Below, piece by piece: positions 44,001-56,267 of a stretch of 64,000 nucleotides of DNA. A program made the translations under genes and the position numbers. The notes below the pieces were generated by a model. It worked only from the letters and a program-made list of their open reading frames with translations. It made no database searches and was not told where the DNA came from. Position 1 is the stretch's first letter, and each line of letters opens with the position of its first letter. The stretch lies in the NCBI RefSeq assembly GCF_001194135.2, contig NC_068984.1:45447372-45511371 (forward strand). Reading direction: 5' to 3'. The stretch comes from Octopus bimaculoides (lineage: Eukaryota).

Positions 44001-44778
44001 ATCAGTGATGTTAGCGCTTTTGTTTCAATTATCAGATATATTCTCAAAATTTCATTACTATTAACTGCAGAAAGTAGTTTACACACCAATCTAACATGTC
44101 GAGTTTATTGAGGCAATATGACTTGCAGAAAATACCAATTCTATGTTTTTTTGTTTTTTTTTGTAGTTATTTAACCGGAATAATGATGAAATTTAATTTG
44201 TCTGTTAAAGATTTAATAAAATATGACCACTGCAAAGTGGTCATATTTTATTAACCCCTTAACTGTCAAATTAAATTTTCCCTGACATAATTTAGGAAAA
44301 ATGTAAACCTTAAGAATTTTTTATTTTGGGAAAATCTTATGTGTAGCTCTGCCTTAAAAACACTTTTACTGAAAATATTGTATTAAAAGCTTGCAGCAGA
44401 ACTTCTGCAAAGCATATAAATCATTTACTGATGAAACAACTTCTTGAGTTGAATGTCACAAATTCTCAGTGATGAACCTAAATTGCTAGATCTGTGTATA
44501 TAAATTTTTATTTCATGCAGTGCAGTACTCTGAGATTGGTGTGGAACTACTTGAGAAATCGAGTTTGGTCAAATAGGCTGGTGTTAGACAGATATAGCAA
44601 TATACATACATACTGGCAGATATAACAATATACATACATACATATACTTATATAAGTTCAGTGCTTTTGTGGCTTTTTAGTTGTTTTAACACTTATTTTT
44701 AGCAAAAGCAGTGTTAATCAGTACCTTCTGTCACTTTTGTGACCTCTATTTATTTTGACTTTAGGTGGGATATATATA

Positions 44779-45326
44779 CAGGGTTATTCAAAAAATGAAC
44801 TGATTTCATTAAGCATTATTTTAATAAGGAAAAGCAATAGAAAACTCCAGCTAAATCAGAAGTATTTGCTCATAATCAACTTTTATATCTTGTCTTCCAA
44901 GCGTTCAATGTGGCCACCACCTGCAGCATGGGCAATTTCAGTGCGATAAGAGAATTCCTCCCAGACATGTATCAGCATATCACGATGAATTTCCCTGGAC
45001 CTCACTGTGTGTGATTTTTTTCTTGTGGGTATATGTAAAAGATTGCATTTATGTTCCACCGCTACCCACTAACCTCGATGACCTTAAAGATCGAATAACA
45101 ACAGTGATCAACTCAGTGGGTCGTGATATACTGGTACACATCTGGGAGGAATTCTCTTATCACATTGATGTTGCCCGTGCTGCAGGTGGTGGCCATATTG
45201 AACCCTTGTAAGACAAGAAATAAAAGTTGATCATGAGTAAATGCTTGTGACTTAGCCTAGAGTTTTCTATTGTTTTTCTTTATTGAAATATTGTGTAATG
45301 AAATCAGTTCTTTTTGAATAACCCTG
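44779..45326. mobile_element. Tc1/mariner derivative with transposase C-terminal remnant and ~210-bp inverted arms
   Basis: TIR cagggttattcaaaaa; TA flanks; SLDLTVCDF(F)LWVYVKD...GGHIEPL. Confidence 0.88.
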
Positions 45327-45925
45327 TATATATATATATATATATATATGAAATTTACATGTCTGTCTCTCTCACACACACACACATGTATATATATCAT
45401 CATTTAGCGCGTCTGCTTTCTATGCTGGCATGGGTTAGACAGTTTGACTGAAACTAGTAAGCTGGAGAGTTGCACCAAATTCCAGTCTGATTTAGCATGG
45501 TTTCTATGGTTGGATGCCCTTCCTAACATTATGTATGTATATATATATATATATTAAAAGAGCTAAGAGAAATAAGTCAAAGTGGCTAATGACATGATTC
45601 TGGATAATTAAGTTAAAGAATGGCATACTGGATGCTGTACACAACAAATTCTTAATATTCAAAAATTTCCCTGAGTAAGATGGAAAGGAAAAACCTGATC
45701 ACAATTGTTAGCAACTATCAAGGAAAAGAGGGAGAGAAAATTTAAAATAATTAAGGGTAAATTTCTTGAGTTAAATTACATGCTAGGGTGGGGACAGTAG
45801 GATCTTTGTTGCTGGCTACACAGCAATGTACATATGTTTCGGTTTGTTACACCTCATCAGCATTGTACAGTCTCAGTTTACCTGATAATGAGAAATTATG
45901 CTTTTATATTCTTATAGTCTTATAT

Positions 45926-46131
45926 TCATTTCAGTCATTTGACTACGGCCATGCTGGAGCACCACCTTTAGTCGAACAAATCGACTCCAACACTTATTCT
46001 TTGTAAGCCTAGTTCTCATTCTGTCGGTCTCTTTTGCTGAACCGCTAAGTTACGGGGATGTAAACACACAAACATCAGTTGTCAAGCAATGGAGGGGGAC
46101 AAACACAGACATAAACATATACATACACACA

Positions 46132-46191
<60 letters not shown>

Positions 46192-46358
46192 AACCATGGA
46201 CTTCTTCAGTGTTTCCATCTACCAAATCCAGTCACAAGGCTTTGGTCAGTTTGAGGCTATAGTAGAAGACACTTGCCCAAGGTGCCACACAGTGGGACTG
46301 AACCTGGAACCATGTGGTTGGTAAGCAAGCTACTTACCGCATAGCCACTCCTGCACCT
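45926..46358 (-). mobile_element. SINE family B copy with expanded (TA)n
   Basis: Same body and head as 21771-22146. Confidence 0.85.
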
Positions 46359-48164
46359 ATCCACATAGCCACTCCAGTGCTTATATATAGAAAAATAAGA
46401 ACAAAGAACTAAGTTATATTTTTAGCCATGGGTAATTTGAAATGATTAAAAATAAAATGAACTAAGGGGAAATAATTTGAAGTGGTCAGTGACATAAGAT
46501 TTCGATATTGAATTTAAAGAGTGGTCTTAATGAATGTTGTACATAATGAATTCTTAAATTCTTGAAAATTCCTTCTGAATAGAAAGTGGAAAAGAGAAAA
46601 ATAGTGATAATTATCATTACTCTCAAGAAGCACTGGTGCTATGAAAAATGCACCCCCTACACTTTGTAAAGTAGTTGGAATTAGGAGGGGCATCCAATCC
46701 CAGGAACCATTCCAAAGCAGATGTTGGTACATGATGCTGTCGTTTGACCTCTGGAATCTTACCAAACTATCCAACCCATGCCAGCATGGAAGAATGGACA
46801 TTAAAAGATGATTATGAAGATGTTGATAAACTGCAATTGTTGTGCCGGTACCATGTAAAATGCACTTGTGCCAGTGGCACATTCAGAGCACCCAGCATAT
46901 TCTGTGAAGTGGTTGGTGTTAGGAAGTGCATCCAGCCATAGAAACCATGCCAAAACAGACAATTGGAACCTGGATAGTTATCTAGCTGGCCAACTCCTGT
47001 CAAACTGACCAACCCATGCCAGCATGGATTGGATATTAAACGATGATGATGATGTACAATAAAAAGTAAAGTCTGCATTAATTTTTGCTTTGTGCTGTAG
47101 TTATGTTTTAACTACATACTTAGTATATCTTTAAAAGTACCTTAGCCACATTGATTTTCATGTGACTTAAAAACATTTTGAGAACTAAAATCTATTTCTC
47201 ATTTGATTGTGCAGCACTTTTTCTAATTACATTTCTCTTTCTTTTTCCCTCTAAGTGTGTGCGGAAAAAATATCAGCAATAATAATAATAATAGTAATAA
47301 TGATGATGATGATGACTATGATAATCACAATTTTTGAGTTGGCTAGAATCCAGTGTTTTGGAGTGGTTGTAATAGTGGGAAAGTCAATTACAGATGGTCT
47401 ACGTTTTCAACAGTAAGCATTGTGTTGTGTTTAAGTGATTTGACCTCATTGACTTAGCACATATATGGTTACTTTTTTTGATGTCATGCGTTCAGAAATA
47501 GTTTCAGATATAAATATCTGGAGGTATAAATATTACTTCTGTATATATGTGTTTGTCTGTGCATATATATATATACACACACTTTCCTGTGTATGTATTT
47601 GTATGTATATATATATATATATATATACATACACACACAGGTTCCTGTGTATCATCATCATCATTTAATGTCCGTTGTCCATGTTGGTATGGGTTGGACA
47701 GTTTGACTGGACTGGCACGCTGGAAGGCTGTGCCAGGCTCCAGTCTGGTTTGGCATGGTTTTCTATGGCTGGATGCCCTTCCTAATGCCAACCACTCCAA
47801 GAGTGTAATGGGTGCTTTTACGTGCCATCAGCACGGGTACCATTTGCATGACACCGGTATCGGCCATAAATGCGATTTTGCTCAACTTGAAGGGTCTTCT
47901 TCTCAAGCACAACAGAATGCCAAAGGTCTTGGTCATTGCCTCTGTGAGACCCAACACTCAAAAGGAATTACATATATAGGTTGAGGCATGGCTGTGCAGT
48001 CAAGAATTTTGCATCTCAGCAACATAGATTTTAGTTCACCCCTATTGCATGGCACCTTGAGTGAGCATCTACTACAGCCTGGGCTGGCCAAAGCATGGTG
48101 AGTGGATTGAAGGAAACTGAAAGATGGCCACCATTTGTGTGTGAATGTGCGCGCACGTGTATGC

Positions 48165-48200
<36 letters not shown>

Positions 48201-49796
48201 TCACAAATACACTTTATATGTGTGTGTCTCACTGTCTCCTTGTCTTGGCATCATGTGATAGTTGTAAATAAATGTCACTGTCATACATGTGGTGTCCTTG
48301 CGGCACATATTGTACCTGTCAGTTATTGTATTTTTAGATTTTCCTGTTAGAGTCACTGCTGTGGTCATGGGTATAGCCATGACAAAGAAAAATATTAGTT
48401 CTAAAATCTCACTTAGGCTCAGCTTGCAGTTTAATTTGTTGTTAATGTCCGTATAATGGGAAAATTGGTTTCCTTTATTAACTGAACGTTTAAGGTAGAT
48501 AACCCTGGCTACCGCATACTATACTAGCACCAATATTTGTGTAGTTGACCCTTGTACCAAAGCCGCCTCTGACAATCTAGTTCTCTGCCTGTAGTTAATC
48601 TGTTTTCATGTTCACACACACACACATGCTTAGATGTATACATTCTGAGCTTCCACAGTTTTCACCTACCAAATCTACTTCATCATCATCATCATCATCG
48701 TTTAATGTCCGCTTTCCATGCTAGCATGGGTTGGATGAAGAAGCATGGGTTAAGGCATTAATCAACACTTCTGAAGTTGGATTGAACCTGCAACCATTTA
48801 ATTTCACACTATAAAAGCAACAGGCTAGTGTGACTTTTCCCCATTGGAATAATGAAAATCAAACCTGCAAGCTAATTAGTTACTCCACTGTTAGTATTTA
48901 CAACAGTGACCTGCCTCTACCAGTATACACTATCCAGCATAGTATCTAATTAAAACTAGGCAAACTTGGCTTTTGAAAGCTGAGTTTCACTATTAAATCA
49001 GACATATTGTCTGGCTTTCTAAATGAAAAATAAGCTGTAGCAGAGGAAGATCTGGACCATGTAAATTAAAACCAAACATGTTCCATGCTGCTTTGGATGG
49101 CGAGCCATAGCAATCATTGATATGATTATCAAGTTCATCTGTTTTTACTTGGGGATCAGCTTCTGCAATCGTCAGTTGTATGGTCATGACCTTTGTGAAT
49201 ATATTTATTTATCTGTAGTGATTACCACTAACATTTAGATACAGAAAATATGGCACTACTGGCTGATAATCCAATCCTCTCTTGATTTCTATTTTTTGAA
49301 ACTGAACCTTTATCTCAACATCTATGACACATAGCATTCTGAATGAACCATTGTTTCCAAGAAATCTTTAGATTACTTCTTTTAGCATTTATCATCAACC
49401 ATGTGAAGAATATTTTTTGTCACATTTTGAAATAGCCTTCACTGCCTTTCTAGCTTTGATGATTTTTACAAATAAAAATCTACAATATTGTATGATAAAT
49501 ATAGATGTCTATTACAGGACATACTTCATTGACAGAACATGAATTGTTAACCTTGTGCCAGGATCTGTAATATTCTGAAGAAAAAAGTCAGGATAAAATT
49601 GGAAATGGTTTCATTTGACTTAGAATGGTTATTATTGCATGGTTTTGTTATATCGCTTGAGACAGCACATTACCTGCCACCTCCATTAAATCTTTACATT
49701 GTTTCAATAAATATTTAATGTATGCTGTTTTGTTGATTTCTTCCCTTCCTTATAAAGAAGTCATTTTTATTATTTTTTTTTCAAAAATAGTTCCTA

Positions 49797-49912
49797 ATGG
49801 CCGACAGCGATGATGAATATGATAGAAGGCGTGGACGAGACAAATTTCGTCGTGAGAGAAATGACTATGATCGCAGAGAAGAGAGAAGACGAGATTCCTG
49901 GGATCACGATCG
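49797..49912 (+). CDS. SRRT: SRRT first coding exon (MADSDD...SWDHD-R); exon begins at 49791
   Basis: aaaatag acceptor at 49789-90, ATG at 49797, phase-2 donor CG|gcaagt. Confidence 0.93.
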
Positions 49913-52900
49913 GCAAGTTTTGAAGCTTGTATTTGTTCTTTCTAGTATAACTATTGTTATTCCACTGTGTTTGCTTGAAATATATATATATATATATTTT
50001 GCGAGCAGAGGTGAGCTACTGCCATCTCTAACAGACGAGGTGTCCAGTACTGAAGAGTGGAAGAAATAGCCCCAAACCAGGACTAGTTTACTGGTCCCGT
50101 CGTTAGAAGTTGGTAGGGGTTCGTTCCTCAGCTCACAATTTATCAAATGCAGCTCTGCATCGTTAACCAGCTGGAGATGTCCTCTTAGGGTTAAAAAAAT
50201 CACAGTAGAGTCCATTTGAATGGACAGCCATGTTAAAGTGGCTACAAATAATACTTGTCAGTACAACTATTGCGTTGATCTCTTAGATTTTAGAACTAGT
50301 ATTTTTGCTTGTATTACTATTTGCAGTATTGGTAAAGTGACAGATGAAATACTTTGCAGTATTTAGTTGTATCACTTTGTGTTCTCAGTTCTAATCTCAC
50401 TGGGGTGTTGACTATTACTGAATGCCTTGTTATATTTACTGTACTCCCCACTTCTGAGCAGAAATTCTGTCAAAATCATTATTGCCTTTCTGTCTCTTGG
50501 TGTCAGTAAAGTTAATAACACTGGGGTTGATTCAGTTCTTTGTACCATTTCCATTTAAAGCTGTGACCTAGAGCCAATTTGATAAATCATCATCGTTATA
50601 GTTTTTATATCCTCTTTTCTTTTTTTTCTTTTATGTTGACAAACACATTTTGAGCTTTGGGCCTCACGGAGGCAATGACAAATGACCGAGACCTTTGGCA
50701 ATATGCTGTACTTGAGAAGAAGATCCATCAAGTGAAATTGTAGTTGTGGCAGATACTAGTGTCATGCAACCGACACCTGTGCCAGTGGCATGCAAAAGCA
50801 CCCATTACACTCTCGGAGTGGTTGGCGTTAGGAAGGGCATTCAACCATAGAAACCATGCCAAATCAGACTGGAGTCTGTTGCAGCCCCTCAGCTTACCAG
50901 CCTTGGTTAAACTGTTCAACCTATACCAGCAATGAACAATGGGTGTTAAATGATGAGGATGATGTTTTTGCTGGATTTTTTGAGAATTTAGTGTGACCAC
51001 TTCTTAAATTTTTATTAGTCTTCCTATGTTATGGTTGCCTTTCACTGTGTTTACTCCCAGATGATGCTTTCAGTGTCCAGTTTCTCTCTTAACACATATT
51101 TCCTAAATCTGTGATGCTCCTGTACAATGCACTCAATTTTATTTGCTTCATTTTGCTTAACTAGTGAATTAGTGGCTAAAATTAATGTCGACGGAAATTA
51201 CTCGGAAACAATATGTCTTAAAGTCAATATTATAAAGCATTTCATCATGCGATAAACTTGTCTATTGTCTGTTTAAACAAGTAAAACAGGTTTTGTTGTC
51301 ATTTCATGGTCAGGTGGTTAACAGTTACAAGGACATCCTGGTTTGTTAAAAACATTGCTCTAATAACATGCAAATCTATAAATATACAAAAAAAAAATCC
51401 CCAAAAATAACTACTCGTTGATAAGTACTGACTTAACTCCAAATTTCATTTGATATAATGAGTTTCTTGTCACTAATTTAAATCTTGCTTCTTTTGTCTA
51501 TCCATTCTGGCCTTTCTGCTGTCATCATTCTCTCTTCTATTCCCCTCTTTGGTCACATTACCTGAACAATAGTACACATCTTAGTTTACTGAGCATTCTT
51601 TACATTTACAGTGTATAAGGCATCCCTCCTCTTGTGCTGGTGCCACTTTGGAAAACCCTCACTTACACCCTCTAGAGTGAGTGGGGAGCAAGTACAGAAA
51701 TTAAGTTTCAGACGTCCCTTTAATCCTTTCTCAACAAAGATGATGTGACAACCTCCCAATGATGGTGCCATAAAATTGCACTTGAGATGCATAAAGAAGG
51801 AAAGGAACAATTGTAAAGTTAGGAAGCCCTTTTAGCCCTGTCTGAGTAAAGGGTAAAGACCCCTTTGGTCATGAATGACCATGGGATTGCACCTTGGAAA
51901 TTCCCCTCCAAGGCACAAGTCCGAGTAAGGTTGTTTATGGAAGACCAGCAGTCGCCCATGCATACCAGCCTCCTCTCTCCAATGAAAGGGCAAAGGCTGA
52001 TACAGCTTGGCACCAGTGATGTCACAACTCATTTCTATAGCTGAGTAAACTTGGAATAATATGAAATAGTGTCTTCCTCAAGAACACAACGCACAACCCA
52101 GTCTGGAAATCAAACTCTACCTCATGTTCGTGAGCCTGACACTCTAACCACTGAGCCATGCACTTTCAAAGGGTTAGTAGACGTCAGTTGAACTCAGAAC
52201 ATAAAGATAGATGAAATACTATTAAGCATTTTGCCCAGTGATAACGATTTCGCCAGTTCGCTGCCACCTGTCTAGCTAATGACTTACTAACCTTTCTAGT
52301 GCTGGTGCCACGAAAAACATCAGTAAATACTGAAAATTGGTTGGTGATGGGAAAGGCATCAAGCCAGATGATACCTCCAAGCACCAGTTAATGAGAGAAG
52401 TGGGCCCTAAGTAGAAATAATCTGGATTATGACAATCTGTCCAAGTCATACCAGTACGGAAAGCAGATGTAAAAATAGTGGGTGTGGCAGTGATGGTGAC
52501 GATAAGTCATTGGGCAAATGACTTGTTTAGCCCTAGGTAAATTCTGGCCTAGCAGACCTATGATCAAAAGCATTCCAGCTGTGACTTTCTATCATTTTGC
52601 ACTAGATTGACTATTGTGACTTTGACTTTTGGAGATATTGGAGTGATTTGAGAGAAATTTGGCTGCTATTTCTAGTAACTTCAGCTGTCATTTAGACACT
52701 CCATTGTTGGCTCATTGATAAACAATTTCATTGGAAATGGTGATCTAAAATGCTGCTGATTATCAGTAGTGTGTCGTTTATATTGTGATGTTGGTAAAAT
52801 AGTACACCATTGAGGTATGAACTTATTTTTTGGAAAGTGTCAAAGACTATTCCAGGCTAAAATGCATTTTGGCTTCAAGAAGCAAAAAAAGTGTATTAAA

Positions 52901-55900
52901 AATGTGATTTGGCTTGCTTTTTTGACTGCCATTTACACTTGAGCATGACATTTTTCCAAAGAGAAAGTATTGAAAAATGTGAGTTCTAGCATATATATTC
53001 TTACATGGAACTGAACTCAAAACCATGTGGTTGGAAGTGAACTTTTTAACCACACAGTTATTCCAGTGCCTGCAAATTGATACATTTATTGGCTTACTTG
53101 GTTCACAGACTGAGTTTATTTGTTGAGTTTCTAATTTCCTTCTTGTACCAATTAACTTTTTAACTTTTTAATCTAACCATAATCTCTATTTTGAATAAAA
53201 CATCTTGTTTTTTTAAGATTTTTTCTTCATTGTTCTGATAATTTGGTCAGTTAATTCTCATCTGGCACAAGATCGTCTCCTCCAGTGCCTCCTCCCCTCT
53301 CTAGGATTTCTTGTCTTGCAAAGTTACTTGGTGATCCTGCCAGTGCAGGTGCCACGTAAAAAGCATCCAGCCACACTGTAAAGTGGTTGGCATTTGGAAG
53401 GGCATCCATTTGTAAAAACCATGCCAAAACTGATCTTGCCTATGCTGGTGCTATGTAAAAAGCACTCGGCCCACTGTGCAGAGTGGTTGGTTTTAGGAAC
53501 AGCATCCAGCCATAAAAACCATGCCAAGACAGATACAGAAGTATGGTGCAGGCTTCCTCCTGGCCAGCTCCTGTCAAACTGTCCAACCCATACCAGCATG
53601 GAAGGAGGACATTAAATAATGATGATGATGATACATTTAACAGAATAATCTGAATGCTAAAGGGTAATATCTGAAAGGGACTTTTTGTGGTGAAGGTGAC
53701 ATTTACCTTATACTTTCTCCAGAAAGGTGAATGTAAAGAATTCAGTTATTTTTATTTCCTGTTTCTAGAAATAGTTTTGTTTTTCTAGGCAAACTTTCAG
53801 ATTATTTAAAATCATTTTACTCAAAAGCTTTTATGAAGCATACGATAGTAGGCAACATCGTAACATCCACTTTACTCTTTGTACTTTGTCATCATAAATG
53901 TTTTGTAACTTATTAGTATTTCAACTGGATACTTATGAATATATCTTTATTCATAGAGCTCGGAGTGCTTCAACCAGATCTCGTGATGTGTGGAGCAGCC
54001 GTAACCGAGATAGCAATAAACGGGACCTGTATGGGCGAGACTATGATTCACGGAGGCGGGACCGCTATAGTCCACCAAGGCATGAACTTAGTCCGCCTCA
54101 GATGAAGAGAATGCGAAGAGACTGGTCAGTAAAGTTTCTTATTTTCTATCTACATTGTCTTCATGTCAAGTAAACCTTCATTGATTTATTTGATGTCATT
54201 AAATTGATTCAGTTCATTGTGATGCCATATATATCTTCATTCATTATGATGTCATCTTATCCTCATTTATTATGATTCATTGTGACATCACATATTTCTT
54301 TAGTCATTGTGATGTCATGCTTTCCTACATTCATTGTGACATCACATATTTCTTTATTCATTGTGATGTCATGCATTCCTACATTCATTGTGACATGCAT
54401 GCATGTCATATATCCATTTAATGAGATTGGAATAAATGAGATGGTTGTAAGTAGCATAGTAAAAATCCAGCTTTGGGAAGTCTATGTTTGTATGTATGTA
54501 TATGTATGTATGTGTGTGTATACCGTGTATATAATAAGTTATTACAAAAGCATTGCTAAAAATACTTTTGAGTTGAATTGTAATAGCCAATCAAATTGAC
54601 TGTTTTTTATTTAGACACGATACATCCAGTGCCTCCTTCATCATAGGTGTGATTTGGTTGCTGTTTCTACCACATTAAATTGTTATATAGACTCATTTGT
54701 GGTGTACATTTGTGTTATTATGTAGTCACAAATCTGCTGTCCTATTCAAAAGTTTTGAAGCTGTGACTGAGCCATCCTTTTTGCATTTTAAAATCTGACA
54801 ACTGATTTGTCTCAACTTGCCAATTTAGTAGCCAAAATCTTGTGAGCTTGTTTGGTAGTAGGTGGCTTTTATTTTGAACATTTGATTTGAATATAGCAAA
54901 TTTAAATGCTTTTTTTTTTTTTTTTTTAGTAAAAATTACATAACTCATGTTTTATTCACCTTGCTTGACTGAACCTTTACAAAACCAGCTCCTATGCTAT
55001 TTCATGTTTGTGTAAATTAGCAGCAGTAGAAAGGGCATTCGACTAGAAAAATAAAAAAAATTGCTTCTGCAGGAGTGATGAATAAAAAAAAAAAATTGCT
55101 CAAACAAACATGGAGTCAAAACAATTAAAATTAGTTTTAGTAAGCTGTGACTGATCAGATCCATACGAGTTTTGATCAGTAAGTATCCTGTTTGTTCCCA
55201 TAGTAACAAAACTAAAGCACACAGGGTGAAGCCGCTTGGCAGAGATTGACCTTGAACTCTGCTGTGCATGCGCACTAAGTTTTAACATTCTAGCTCACTT
55301 CTGCCGTTTACAGCAGTGCTTGGAAGGAACATGTGTAGCAAGTGATCGTCACATTGACCATGATAAAGTTGTCATGGTGATACCTGCTCAGAGGCCTACA
55401 CAAAGTTGCAGAAAGTGTATGGAGAGGAGTGTATGAGTGATTCAGACGTTTCCAAGATGACCAAAAATATGTTGATATTGACGCACATTTTGGGAGACCC
55501 GCAACCAGCAGAACTGAGAAATACATTGCAGATATGGATGCAGCTGTTAGGGGAAATTGTTAAATCACCATCCGTGAGTTATCAGAGGATGTGCAGATTA
55601 GTTACCGTTCAGTTTAGTTCATCATCACTGAAGATTTGAGTATGAGACGCGTGTCTGCCAAGTTTGTGCCAAGACTCCTTTCAGCTGACTAAAAGCACAC
55701 TTGGGTTTCAGTTGCACAAGATCTTGATTGTGTCGAGAACAACGAAAACTTTTTGTAAACTTTGTGTAGGTCTTTGGGCAGGTATCGCCAAGCTTTTGGC
55801 AAAATTTGATGCAGATTCTTTGCTCATCTTTCTCTGTCATGGTCAGTGCAACGATCACACGCTACACACCTTCCTTCCAATCACTGCTGTAAACAGCTTC

Positions 55901-56234
55901 GTTACTATGGCAACAGTCCTGGTACTTATTGATCAGATCACGTATATTTGCAGAGAGAGCAAAAGAGAAATAGTAGGTCAGTTTCTATATATTCTGAAAG
56001 ACCATATTTTCCTCTTTCTTTTTTTTTTAGCCTTTTATCTGTCAGTCTCACTATCACTTCAATCTCTCTTTCTTTAGTCTTTCTCACATGTCTGTCCTTT
56101 TTTGTTTACTTAGGCTAAAATTATATATTTAACAAGTATGTTAGACTTTACATTGCATTTTGAATTGTCTTTTGTTTATGTCTCTCATTTTTGTCCCTTG
56201 TTTCTTTCTTTCTCCCTCTTTATTTGAACCCCCT

Positions 56235-56267
<33 letters not shown>

